A DNA stretch of 64,000 nt from Candidatus Cloacimonadales bacterium (GTDB lineage: Bacteria > Cloacimonadota > Cloacimonadia > Cloacimonadales > JAIOQZ01). The notes beneath the pieces were generated by a model. That model worked only from the letters and a program-made list of their open reading frames with translations. It did not search any database and was not told the origin of the DNA. The stretch is from assembly GCA_963662655.2 (NCBI GenBank), contig CAXXTU010000002.1, positions 2,752,001 through 2,816,000 on the forward strand, written 5' to 3'. Position 1 is the first letter of the stretch. Each line of letters starts with the position of its first letter. Below are positions 50,793 to 63,475 of this stretch, in pieces. Both the position numbers and the translations under genes were made by a program.

Positions 50793-53141
50793 ATGAGAAA
50801 TTTCATTTTATTGTTCTTATCCGTACTGTCGTTGTACGCTTTTGCACAAAATCCACTGGATAATCCTGAAAGCATTGTCTACGATTACGAAAACAGCCGC
50901 TATCTCGTATCGAGCCTGGGGAACCGGAAAATCTACTCGATCGACGAGGATGGCAATATCGCGTTATTCAAGGAAAATTTCGGCCAGACATACGGAATCC
51001 ACCTGCGGGGCGACCGTTTGTATGTATCCAGCGGATCCGTTCTGAGAAGCTTCTTCCTGGAGAATGGCGCGGAAGTCATGAGTCTTCACATTCCGGCGGA
51101 GGTCAATCTGGACGGAATAACATCCGACGACCACGGTTTCATTTACGTGCTGGACACGGGAGGATCGCTTCATAAGGTCGATCCCAAAACCGAAACCTAC
51201 GAAACCCTCATCGATGACGGAATCGAGGGACTGCCGCAGGATTTGGTTTACGACCGCTTCAACAATCGCCTTCTCATCGCCGCGTGGCAGGCGAATTCGC
51301 CCATCATGGGATACGATCTTGATACGCAAATGCTTTACGAGGTTGTCGATACCGACTACGGCCGTTTTGACGGGATCAATATCGACTACGAAGGCAACGT
51401 CTATGCCTCCACCTGGATTACGCAGGAAGTGCTGATGTGGGACAACGCCTTCTCGGAGGATCCCAAGGTCATCGGGACCGGCATGGACGGCCCAACGGGG
51501 CTCTGCTACAACGCAAGAGATCACGTGATCGCCGTACCGAACTTCGACGGCAATTTCATCAAGTACATCGATCTGAAAAGCCTGTTCAATTTTGAGCAGG
51601 AAGTCCTGATAGACAACCTGACCGGCGCAAACAACCTCTGTCTTGCCGATGTCGATCTGGACGGGCAGCAGGATATCGTCGCTGCCGGAACGGATCAGGT
51701 CCATTACTGGCTCGCCGATGGAGCCGGCGGATTCGGCGGTGACGTTTTCCCGGGAAGCTTTCCGGGAACCTGTTTCGTCAGCGCGTTCGATATGGATAAC
51801 GACACCGACGAAGATGTGCTCTTCTGCTGCATGGAAAGCGGGAAGCTGGGCTGGATCGAGATCGGAGAGGCGTTCACGGAGCATGTCATTGACGACGATA
51901 TGGTTCATGTGCGCTCGCTCGACGCTGGTGATATGGACGATGACGGCGACGTGGACGTCGTGTGCGGAATCGGCGATGAAACCGGCGGAATGATCGCGCT
52001 TTACGAGAACACGGGCGGGATGGTGTTCGCCGATCCCGTGGCCATCCCCGACGCGGATGACGTTTATCACAGTGTGTGCTTCTTCAATAAAGACAACGAT
52101 ACGGATCTGGATATTCTGGCCGTGGGTTACACGGATCAGGGGGTGCGCTGGTGGGAGAATCTTGGTAACGGCGATTTCGACGACAGTGGAATCGATTCTT
52201 CTTTCGAGGGCGCAACCTGCGTTGCCGCTGCGGAAATCAATCAAAGCGGTTTTCCGGATGTCGTTGCGGCTTCCTGGGAAGATTCCCGCGTGAAGATGTG
52301 GCGTCAGTCCAACGGTAATTTCTACCAGAATCCCATCGAAAACAACGCCCCGGGCGCCAGGTGGGTCCAGCCGGTCGATTTCGATCAGGATGGACACATG
52401 GATATCGTCGGATGCGGAGACGCACCGGGTTGCATTTACTGGTGGAAGAAGGGCGTAGAGCTCGATTTCACCGGATACCGGTACGAATTTACGGGATCGC
52501 GTTGTGTGGCTGCCGGTCATTTCGATGAGGATGAAAGGATGGATATGGCTGTCATCGGCGAATCAAGCCTGGCCTGGCTGAAGAACGTTCCCGGCGCGCA
52601 CCCGGTAATTGCGGAGTTCGATGCCTACATCATCTACGGTGCACGCATGGCGACCTTCCACTTCATCGATCGATCCTGCGGAGAAAACCTGAGCTACGCC
52701 TGGGATTTCAACAACGACGGAGCCGTCGATTCGGGCGAGCGGAATCCCTATTTCACCTATGAAGCGTACGGGGAATACACCGTCAGCCTCACTGTATCCA
52801 ATGGTGAAGAAAGCCATACCCTGACGCTGGAAGATTTCATCGTCTATGATCATACGGGCGCGGACTGCGACGATACCGCTCGGGTTCCTCTAACGATGGA
52901 CGCCTACCCCAATCCCTTCAATCCGCGGGTATCGTTCCAGATCAAGCGCTCTCCAGCCGACAGGGATTTACGCGTCGACATCTACAACGCAAAAGGCCAG
53001 AAGGTTCAGTCGATTGCCGTGCCGGAAAAGAGCGAAGTGGTGAATTGGGATGCTACGGGAGTGGCAAGCGGGATTTACTACTGTCGGTTGTGCGCTGCGG
53101 ACAGGGTGGTTCAGACGCGGAAAATAACGTTGATGAAATAA
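50793..53141 (+). CDS. Secreted SMP-30-like propeller + FG-GAP/VCBS + PKD + T9SS-type sorting domain protein
   Basis: PESIVYD, FDGI; DxDxDxDxD repeats; SYAWDFNNDG...YTVSLTV; YPNPFNP...KITLMK. Confidence 0.8.
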   Translation: MRNFILLFLSVLSLYAFAQNPLDNPESIVYDYENSRYLVSSLGNRKIYSIDEDGNIALFKENFGQTYGIHLRGDRLYVSSGSVLRSFFLENGAEVMSLHIPAEVNLDGITSDDHGFIYVLDTGGSLHKVDPKTETYETLIDDGIEGLPQDLVYDRFNNRLLIAAWQANSPIMGYDLDTQMLYEVVDTDYGRFDGINIDYEGNVYASTWITQEVLMWDNAFSEDPKVIGTGMDGPTGLCYNARDHVIAVPNFDGNFIKYIDLKSLFNFEQEVLIDNLTGANNLCLADVDLDGQQDIVAAGTDQVHYWLADGAGGFGGDVFPGSFPGTCFVSAFDMDNDTDEDVLFCCMESGKLGWIEIGEAFTEHVIDDDMVHVRSLDAGDMDDDGDVDVVCGIGDETGGMIALYENTGGMVFADPVAIPDADDVYHSVCFFNKDNDTDLDILAVGYTDQGVRWWENLGNGDFDDSGIDSSFEGATCVAAAEINQSGFPDVVAASWEDSRVKMWRQSNGNFYQNPIENNAPGARWVQPVDFDQDGHMDIVGCGDAPGCIYWWKKGVELDFTGYRYEFTGSRCVAAGHFDEDERMDMAVIGESSLAWLKNVPGAHPVIAEFDAYIIYGARMATFHFIDRSCGENLSYAWDFNNDGAVDSGERNPYFTYEAYGEYTVSLTVSNGEESHTLTLEDFIVYDHTGADCDDTARVPLTMDAYPNPFNPRVSFQIKRSPADRDLRVDIYNAKGQKVQSIAVPEKSEVVNWDATGVASGIYYCRLCAADRVVQTRKITLMK

Positions 53142-53346
53142 TTTTAGCTCTGTTGGATATCAAGAGGGTTATGGCTCCTCAAATGTCATGCCGGATGGAT
53201 TGTTTCGGAGCATGCACCCACTTGTGTCGTCCTTCGATACAATCACGATCAATAGGGATTGCTCAGGATGGCCTAAAGTATTATGAGAATATGAGATGGC
53301 TGCTATTTTCTAGCCTCTCACTATAATTGCGACAGGATAAAAATAA

Positions 53347-54693
53347 GGCACTGTTGCATATTAAGTGGGTGAATGGGTATTCAGATATCCGCAACATTGC
53401 AGAACCTTCAATCTGAAGTATGAGAAGTCCTTGTATCCATACGCTCTCTTTATAATGGTTCGAATGACGTTGTTAACCGCTTCTGCCTTGGCATTCGTGA
53501 TTCTATGCTTGAACCAGTTCAACACAATATGCAATCTCTTCATAATCGTTCTTGCAAGTGCCTTCAGTGGCTCGAAGACGGTTTTCTGAATAACTCTGCA
53601 CCACTCTTCAATCATCGGCTTCGCTTCTTCTTGCGTAATATCGTCTTCGAAAATCGATAGTAAATCTTCTTTGAGCAAATAGGCTTCGTAAAGGGGATGA
53701 TTTAGCGTCTCCAGTTTCTTGAGTCGGGCTTGATGGTTTTCTTTGTGATTGTGTTTTCTGGTCAAAACCAACCACCGGTCGTGTTTCTTGCTCTGACGCA
53801 ACTTGTCAGATTCAAAATCTCTCTGAAGTTCTCGTCGTACTTCTTCCACTTTTCTGTTGACCAGGCGGCTGAAATGGAAACGATCAAATACGATCATATC
53901 GGCACTCCAACACTCGGAAACAGCGCCGATATATGAACCACTGAAATCCATTGTTACGGTATCAATCCAGCGGAGTCGTCGTTCGTATTTTCGAAACAAC
54001 TCCTTCGCACTTTCTTTCGATTTGCCCATTGTCAGGTCGATCACACACCCGTCCTCATGGTTTGTGATAACCGTTGCATACTTATGCCTTCGCTTATAAC
54101 CAATCTCGTCAATTGCAATCTGATCGACATTCGGAACTCGTCCTCTATAACCCTTTTCCAACTTGGATAACTCAATTTTGTCGATTCGATAAATCGTACT
54201 CCGATCCACACCGAATATCCGTGCTACAGAAGCATTGTCTGAACGAAGCGTGAACTGGAGAACCTTATTGCCGAAGTCTTTAGAGTGTCGATTGAGACCC
54301 TCGGCAATATCCTGTTGTTCAGTTTTCACTCCACACTGAGCGCAGTTGATCCGGCGAAGCGTCAGCACAAGTACTACGGGACGACAGGATATGGATGCAT
54401 GAAGAATTTTGCGGACTCGATGATCATAAACTGCTCCCACAATACCGCATGTAGGACAACGTGGCTCATCTTCCTTTCGAACATGGACTTCAATGCATGG
54501 ATAAGTTTGATACGTACCTTCGATTATCTGGTCGGCAGAATAACCTTGCAAAGCAAACAACGTTTTACAGACTTGTTTTCTGAGAGGATCATTCATCTCT
54601 ATCTCCTTGTTGTGGTGATTAGGAGATTGTACGAGATCGGGTGATTCCTCTCAATCTTTTTTTCGACTTACCCACTAAGTTTGCAACAGTGCC
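53347..54693 (-). mobile_element. ISL3-family insertion sequence (1347 bp)
   Basis: 24-bp terminal inverted repeats GGCACTGTTGCA...AGTGGGT (21/24 match); A-rich flanks AAAAATAA / AAAAAAAA. Confidence 0.9.
53361..54596 (-). CDS. ISL3 transposase
   Basis: CPTCG...CAQC zinc finger, IAIDE, VTMD, IVFDRFH, AEAVNN, RAYGY. Confidence 0.93.
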   Translation of the reverse strand: MNDPLRKQVCKTLFALQGYSADQIIEGTYQTYPCIEVHVRKEDEPRCPTCGIVGAVYDHRVRKILHASISCRPVVLVLTLRRINCAQCGVKTEQQDIAEGLNRHSKDFGNKVLQFTLRSDNASVARIFGVDRSTIYRIDKIELSKLEKGYRGRVPNVDQIAIDEIGYKRRHKYATVITNHEDGCVIDLTMGKSKESAKELFRKYERRLRWIDTVTMDFSGSYIGAVSECWSADMIVFDRFHFSRLVNRKVEEVRRELQRDFESDKLRQSKKHDRWLVLTRKHNHKENHQARLKKLETLNHPLYEAYLLKEDLLSIFEDDITQEEAKPMIEEWCRVIQKTVFEPLKALARTIMKRLHIVLNWFKHRITNAKAEAVNNVIRTIIKRAYGYKDFSYFRLKVLQCCGYLNTHSPT

Positions 54694-54729
54694 AAAAAAA
54701 AGCGACGTCATTGCAATGGCGTCGCTTTC
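54694..54729 (-). terminator. Terminator of the potD-like operon
   Basis: A8 followed by GCGACGTCAT-TGCA-ATGGCGTCGC hairpin. Confidence 0.75.
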
Positions 54730-54747
54730 TCAATATAATTCGGGAGC

Positions 54748-55806
54748 TTACTCCATCATCGTATTGCTTCGCATATCTTCCCATAGCTTATCGATTTTGA
54801 TGATGTCCTCGCCGATATCCTTGAGCGGGTAGCTCTTGCTCAGGAAATCATCGGAAGGGTAGATAATCGTATCATTTTGAATATCTTCCGGAAGCAGCAT
54901 GAATGCGGCTTTGTTCGGCGTTGCGTACTGAACGTAATCGGCGTTGGTTGCCGCCACTTCGGCTTCGTTGAGGAAGTTGATGAATTTGTAAGCGAGGTCT
55001 TTATTCTCGGCGTTCTTGAGAATGACCATGCAATCGACCCACAGGGATGCACCCTCTTTGGGCAGCACGAATCCGATGTCCTCGTTTTCGGCCATGATTT
55101 GCAGCGCGTCTCCGTTGTACGCCTGCGCAAGCCAGGTTGTTCCGTCCTGAATTTCATTCTTGAAAGAGTCGGAATCGAATTGCGAAATATTCTTGTCCCA
55201 GTTTTTCAGATATTCACGGGCTGCGTCGAGCGCTTCTTCCGAGGTTTCATTCACGGAGTAACCGGCTGTAACCAGCGCCGCCCCGATCACCTCGCGAGCA
55301 TCGTCAAGCATGGTGACGACGTTTTTGCCATGAAATGCCGGATCGCCCAGCTTGTTCCATGAAGCATCTTCCATCTCTTCATCCGGGATGTTGTTGCGGT
55401 TGTAGATCAAACCGCATGTACCCCAGAAGTAGGGGATGCTGTATTCGTTCGTCGGATCGAATGACGCCGCTTTCTGGAGGATCGATTCATCCATGTTTTC
55501 CCAGTTGGGGAGCTTGGACATGTCCAGCTTTTCCAGCAGGTCCTTCTTGATCATGATCGCCACGTGGTCGCCGCTCGGTACGGCGATATCATAGGACGCT
55601 TTTGAATTTAATATTTTGGTGAGCATGTTTTCGTTGGAATTATACGTGTCGTAAATTACTTTGCAATTGTATTCTGCCTCGAACTGCTTGATAAGCTCCG
55701 GCTCGATGTAATCTGTCCAGTTGAATACATAAAGCTTCTGTTGAACCGCCTTGCCGCAGGATGCCAGCAGGACGGCTACTGTCACAATTAAGATGAACCT
55801 CTTCAT
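54748..55806 (-). CDS. potD: Spermidine/putrescine-binding lipoprotein
   Basis: Lipobox LASC; FNWTDYI, YDIAVPS, PYFWGT, PKEGASLWVD. Confidence 0.85.
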   Translation of the reverse strand: MKRFILIVTVAVLLASCGKAVQQKLYVFNWTDYIEPELIKQFEAEYNCKVIYDTYNSNENMLTKILNSKASYDIAVPSGDHVAIMIKKDLLEKLDMSKLPNWENMDESILQKAASFDPTNEYSIPYFWGTCGLIYNRNNIPDEEMEDASWNKLGDPAFHGKNVVTMLDDAREVIGAALVTAGYSVNETSEEALDAAREYLKNWDKNISQFDSDSFKNEIQDGTTWLAQAYNGDALQIMAENEDIGFVLPKEGASLWVDCMVILKNAENKDLAYKFINFLNEAEVAATNADYVQYATPNKAAFMLLPEDIQNDTIIYPSDDFLSKSYPLKDIGEDIIKIDKLWEDMRSNTMME

Positions 55807-56669
55807 TACTTTTTCTCCTTTTTCTTGAGTTTCGTATATACTTTCAGGGCGTTATCATGAAATACCGCCTGACGAAAGTCTAAGGGTATAAGAATTTCGA
55901 TGAATTTTGCGTATGCGGCGATGGAAACCAGCGGCCAATCGGAACCGAAGAGTATCTTGTCGTAGCGATCGCAGTAAATGAGCGCTTTGCGAAAGTGATC
56001 CACGTAAAGCTGTTCGTCGCTGAAGCGCTTGACCTTGTTCGCGTCCCCGACGATGATTCCCGATAGATCGGCATACACGTTATTGTTCTTGTAAACGACC
56101 TCCGCCGCCTCCATGGTCCACGGATCGCCGAAGTGGCTCAACACGATTCGCACCTCGGGATGGTGGTAGGCAACCTCGTCGATTTCCAGCGGATGCGCGT
56201 ATTTCAGCAAGGCGCGCGGGCCGTAGGTGTCCCCCGAGTGGATAGCCACCGGGAGGTCGTACTTCTCCGCGAGGAGGTAGACCGGCTTGTATACTTCATC
56301 GTGCGGGTAGGTGTGGTAGTACCCGGGATACAGCTTGAATCCCACAACGTGTTCGAGCTCCAGCAACGCTTCCATGTCCTTCAACGATTTCTCGTCCAGG
56401 CGGTACGGGTTGACGCCGATGCAGGTGAAAAGGTTGTCCGGCAGCGTTTCTTCCAGATCGAGGAGCATGGGATTGGGCGCGTTTTGATCGGGGAAGGCCC
56501 ACTTTCGGTTCTCGGCCAGCCCCATACCGATTGCGCACACGACCTTGCTTCTCAGGCATTCGCCCTGGAAGCCTTTGCCCGAATACAGGGTGTGGACGAT
56601 CCGGTCGGCCGTTTCGCTAAACCGCTCGATATTCGAGAAATGGACATGCGCATCGATTATTTCATACAT
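55806..56669 (-). CDS. Amidohydrolase_2 family metallohydrolase
   Basis: IDAHVH, GFKLYPGY, IHSG, SHFG, FGSDWP. Confidence 0.88.
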   Translation of the reverse strand: MYEIIDAHVHFSNIERFSETADRIVHTLYSGKGFQGECLRSKVVCAIGMGLAENRKWAFPDQNAPNPMLLDLEETLPDNLFTCIGVNPYRLDEKSLKDMEALLELEHVVGFKLYPGYYHTYPHDEVYKPVYLLAEKYDLPVAIHSGDTYGPRALLKYAHPLEIDEVAYHHPEVRIVLSHFGDPWTMEAAEVVYKNNNVYADLSGIIVGDANKVKRFSDEQLYVDHFRKALIYCDRYDKILFGSDWPLVSIAAYAKFIEILIPLDFRQAVFHDNALKVYTKLKKKEKK

Positions 56670-57059
56670 CGTTTTTTACCATATAAATAATCGCAGCTAT
56701 CCGGTTCGGTGTCAAGCGAAAAAAGGGGACACGCATACCCTCACTTTTTCGATAAGACCTTGGTTCTGTGTTCTTTTCTCGCTTATATGGTGGAATCGAT
56801 TAAGAATGAAAATGGATTTACTCCCCTGATATGGGGAGAAAGATACTCTCGAAGAGAGAATCAAGAGGTTTTCTCGTGAATATGGGTGCGGCAATATTTT
56901 GAATTAGCAACCCTCCTTTGTCCCTTCTGAGAAATTCTGGTTTCCTGAGGAATCCAACACTTTTTCGCGGGAGTTAAGAGAGGAATGCATGACCCAATTT
57001 CCGTAATTAGGTAAAACCATTTGTCATTTTCCATTTGATGGCTCTTTAATAGCGTAGGC

Positions 57060-57096
57060 AAAAAAAACCTCCCAACCTTTTCGATTGGGCGGTTTC
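57060..57096 (-). terminator. atp operon terminator
   Basis: A-tract followed by CCTCCCAA...TTGGGCGG hairpin downstream of atpC. Confidence 0.6.
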
Positions 57097-57122
57097 GTAC
57101 TATCTAAAAATAAATTCTTCGT

Positions 57123-58953
<1,831 letters not shown>

Positions 58954-58958
58954 TCATC

Positions 58959-59816
58959 TTATTGATTAATGGCTTCAGCGCCCGAAGCAACCTCGATAAT
59001 CTCCGTGGTGATGCTTGCCTGGCGCGCACGATTGTAATGTAACGTTAAATCACCGATCATTTCGGTGGCGTTGTCGGTGGCATTTTCCATCGCCGTCATG
59101 CGAGCGCCCTGCTCTGCGGCGGACGACTCGAGAAGGATACGCCACACTTCCACATCCAGATATTTGCGACCCAGTTCGGTAATGACGGTGTCTTCGTCGG
59201 GCTCGTAGAGATAATCGGACTTCGCGAGAATCTCCGACTCCATCGGTATGATGGGTAGAACCTGCTTGAAGACGATGTTCTGCTGGATGGCCGACTTGAA
59301 TTCGTTGTAGAGTACGCGGACCCGGTTGTACCCTTTGTTCAGGTACGAATCCATAAAAATCTCGGCAATCTCGCGTGATTGGGAGAAGTTCATCTCGTTG
59401 AAGAGTCCGGTGTAGTGCCCGATAATCTTGTCGGTGCGCTTTCTCAGGAAGTCATAGCCCTTTTTACCGATGCAGATGATATCTTCATCCTCGGTTTGAT
59501 CTTCCAGCATTCTGGAGGCCTGACGTATGATGTTGGTGTTGAACGATCCGCACAATCCGCGGTCAGCCGTTACGACCACCATCAAGGTTTTTCCACCCGG
59601 TTCCGGCTCGATGAGGAGCGGATGCTGCGACTGCGTGTTCTTCACTTTGAGCGTTCGCAGCATGGTGTCAAGGTAGTTGGCGTAAGGGCGCGCAGCGATG
59701 ATGTTCTGCTGGGCCTTGCGCAGGTACGCGGCGGAGATCATCTTCATCGCGTTGGTGATCTGCCGTGTGTTCTTGACACTGTCGATCCGGGTTTTAATGT
59801 CGCGTAGATTCGCCAT
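58959..59816 (-). CDS. atpG: ATP synthase gamma
   Basis: ITNAMKM, DRGLCG, ARMTAM, RQASITTEI. Confidence 0.97.
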   Translation of the reverse strand: MANLRDIKTRIDSVKNTRQITNAMKMISAAYLRKAQQNIIAARPYANYLDTMLRTLKVKNTQSQHPLLIEPEPGGKTLMVVVTADRGLCGSFNTNIIRQASRMLEDQTEDEDIICIGKKGYDFLRKRTDKIIGHYTGLFNEMNFSQSREIAEIFMDSYLNKGYNRVRVLYNEFKSAIQQNIVFKQVLPIIPMESEILAKSDYLYEPDEDTVITELGRKYLDVEVWRILLESSAAEQGARMTAMENATDNATEMIGDLTLHYNRARQASITTEIIEVASGAEAINQ

Positions 59817-59828
59817 GATACAATCCTG

Positions 59829-61337
<1,509 letters not shown>

Positions 61338-61344
61338 AATACCC

Positions 61345-61887
61345 TCAATTTTGCGGTATTTTTTCTTTTATGAATCGTTCGAGATTGTTTTTGACGGAAC
61401 CGTCGATAATCAGCGAACTCGTTTCAGCATGGAAACCGGCAATGAGCTCCGGTTTGATGCGGGTCTTGAATTCTACATTCTTTTTCAGGATGTCTTCCAG
61501 AAGATGGGTTATGTTCTGCATGGTTTGTCCATCGTGCTCTCTCGCCAGCGAAAGCATCACCTTCACGCGTTTGTTCTCATCCAGGATGAAGTCCTCGATG
61601 CAGTTCAACAGCGTTAAGATAATGGAAAAACGACGCTTCTTCACCAGCAGGACGAACAGCGATCTCCAGCGATCGGCGAAATGGAGGTTCTCTGCCAGCG
61701 CTTCAACCAGCTTTTTCTTTCGCGGATACGAAAGGATCATCATGTGGACGGAGCGGATGATTTCCGGATTCCCCGTCAGCACTTCATGCAAGCCGCGAAC
61801 ATCATCCAGCAAATCGTTATGCTCATCGGGAGCGATCAGACTGATGAAAGCCTTGGCGTACCGCTTGGAAATCTCAAAATCTCTCAC
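61345..61887 (-). CDS. atpH: ATP synthase delta
   Basis: SKRYAKA, LIAG, IDGSV; operon position. Confidence 0.9.
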   Translation of the reverse strand: MRDFEISKRYAKAFISLIAPDEHNDLLDDVRGLHEVLTGNPEIIRSVHMMILSYPRKKKLVEALAENLHFADRWRSLFVLLVKKRRFSIILTLLNCIEDFILDENKRVKVMLSLAREHDGQTMQNITHLLEDILKKNVEFKTRIKPELIAGFHAETSSLIIDGSVKNNLERFIKEKIPQN

Positions 61888-62366
61888 TTGCTCAACCTGT
61901 CTTGCAGTAGTTTATTGATCAGCTTTTTGTCCGTTTCCGGATCCATTTTATCGGCAATGATTGTTGCAGACACGGATGCGATCATACCGGCAAGCTCTAC
62001 CTCGAGCTCTTCCATGGTACGCTTGCGTACATGGGCTACCTGAGCCTCGGTCTCCTGAACGATATCCTTCTGTTGCTTCTTGGCGCCATCCAGGATTTCC
62101 TTCGCCTGATCCTCGGCTTCGCGTCTTGCGCGGTGCTGCATTTTGCGAATCTCTTCTGAAGATTCGATTAGCTCCTGTTTCTGTTGATCCAGGATTTTGG
62201 CCGCTTCCTCTTTGGAGCGAGCTGCTTCATCGATATCGCCCGATATCTTCTCCGATCTTTCTGTAAGCCATTTCTTCATCGGCTTGTACAGAATCTTGTT
62301 CAGTATGATCAGAAGCAGAACAAAGTTCGCGATAACGATCAAGAGAGAATAATCAATTGTGATCAT
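61884..62366 (-). CDS. atpF: ATP synthase b
   Basis: NFVLLLIILNKILYKP then coiled coil. Confidence 0.92.
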   Translation of the reverse strand: MITIDYSLLIVIANFVLLLIILNKILYKPMKKWLTERSEKISGDIDEAARSKEEAAKILDQQKQELIESSEEIRKMQHRARREAEDQAKEILDGAKKQQKDIVQETEAQVAHVRKRTMEELEVELAGMIASVSATIIADKMDPETDKKLINKLLQDRLSK

Positions 62367-62410
62367 GTCTTCTCCATTCTCTGAAAATGATTACTGTTTC
62401 GAATGCCGTA

Positions 62411-62662
62411 TCAGGTGGAGAATATCAACAACAGCGCGATAACCAGCGAGTAAATACCGGTTGACTCGGAAACTGCCTGACCGACCAGCATGGTACGCAT
62501 GAGCAAGTTCTGATTTTCGGGTGAACGGGCGATACCTTCACATGCCTTGCCGGCGACGAAACCTTCGCCAACGCCGGGGCCGAGCGCTCCGATGCCCATA
62601 CAGATGCCTGCGCCAAGAAACGCCGCAGCTTTTGCGATGCCTTGTGCCAATGTCATTTCCAT
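62411..62662 (-). CDS. atpE: ATP synthase c, single hairpin, Na+-type motif
   Basis: GPGVGEG (E33)...GQAVSESTGIY (E66, S67, T68, Y71). Confidence 0.95.
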   Translation of the reverse strand: MEMTLAQGIAKAAAFLGAGICMGIGALGPGVGEGFVAGKACEGIARSPENQNLLMRTMLVGQAVSESTGIYSLVIALLLIFST

Positions 62663-62719
62663 TTTTTTCCTCCTGTTTTTTACACAGTCTTGTATGTTTT
62701 CATTACAAATATCTATTCT

Positions 62720-63472
62720 TTACAGTGCAAAGATCAGCAAGAAGGCGATAACCAGCGAATAGATCGCTGTCGATTCCGATACCGCCGCCCCCAGGAACAT
62801 CGTTCGGATCAGGTTATTCTTCTGTGCGGGAAAGCGTCCAATCGAATCGTTCGCGCGTCCGGCGACGAATCCGATACCGGAGCCGGGGCCGAGGGTTCCG
62901 AGCCCGATGGAGAGTCCCGCGCCGATGTAGGCCGCCATCTTCATCACGATGTTTGCCATGCTCGCGTTTTCCGGCTGGAAGGGAGTTGAGAACATGAGAA
63001 GGAGCGAAACGACCAGCGCGAAGATGGAGCTCGATTGCGAAAGCGCTTGCCCGATGAGCATGTTACCCATCAGAATGTTGGATTGACGCGGGTTGCGCCC
63101 GATAGACCTGCAAGCCTCGCCTCCTGCGTAACCGGCGCCGAAAGCCGGGCCAACGGCACCGAGTCCCACTGCGATACCCGCAGCGAGCAAAGCCGCAAAT
63201 CGATACCACCCGCCTTCAACGACGTCGATGCCGCCGAACAGAAGCAGGAGCGCGACAACGAGGGCGAAGATTCCGCCGGTCTGTGTCGCGGCCTGGCCGA
63301 TCAGCATCGTGCCGAACAGCTTGTCGTAAGCCTTGGGTTGCCTCGATAGAGCAAGGGTTGCCTGATCGGCGATCGATCCGCTGCCGATGCCGCTCGTTAA
63401 CGATGAAATTCCCACGCCGATTCCGGCGCCCAGATAAGCCGCGATCTCTACGATCTCTTTTGTGAATACCAT
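62720..63472 (-). CDS. atpE: ATP synthase c-like subunit, three fused hairpins
   Basis: Three c repeats with RQP/RNP/RFP loops; carboxylate position Q64, Q146, E233. Confidence 0.9.
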   Translation of the reverse strand: MVFTKEIVEIAAYLGAGIGVGISSLTSGIGSGSIADQATLALSRQPKAYDKLFGTMLIGQAATQTGGIFALVVALLLLFGGIDVVEGGWYRFAALLAAGIAVGLGAVGPAFGAGYAGGEACRSIGRNPRQSNILMGNMLIGQALSQSSSIFALVVSLLLMFSTPFQPENASMANIVMKMAAYIGAGLSIGLGTLGPGSGIGFVAGRANDSIGRFPAQKNNLIRTMFLGAAVSESTAIYSLVIAFLLIFAL

Positions 63473-63475
63473 TGA

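Noticed and set aside
50964..52520. 518-aa - strand ORF (and similar antisense ORFs over dnaA, atp and ABC genes)
   Set aside because: Shadow frames produced by codon bias of well-supported genes on the other strand.
56670..57060. Possible ncRNA or small gene between the amidohydrolase and atpC
   Set aside because: No recognisable structure, RBS-backed ORF or repeat by eye; left uncalled.
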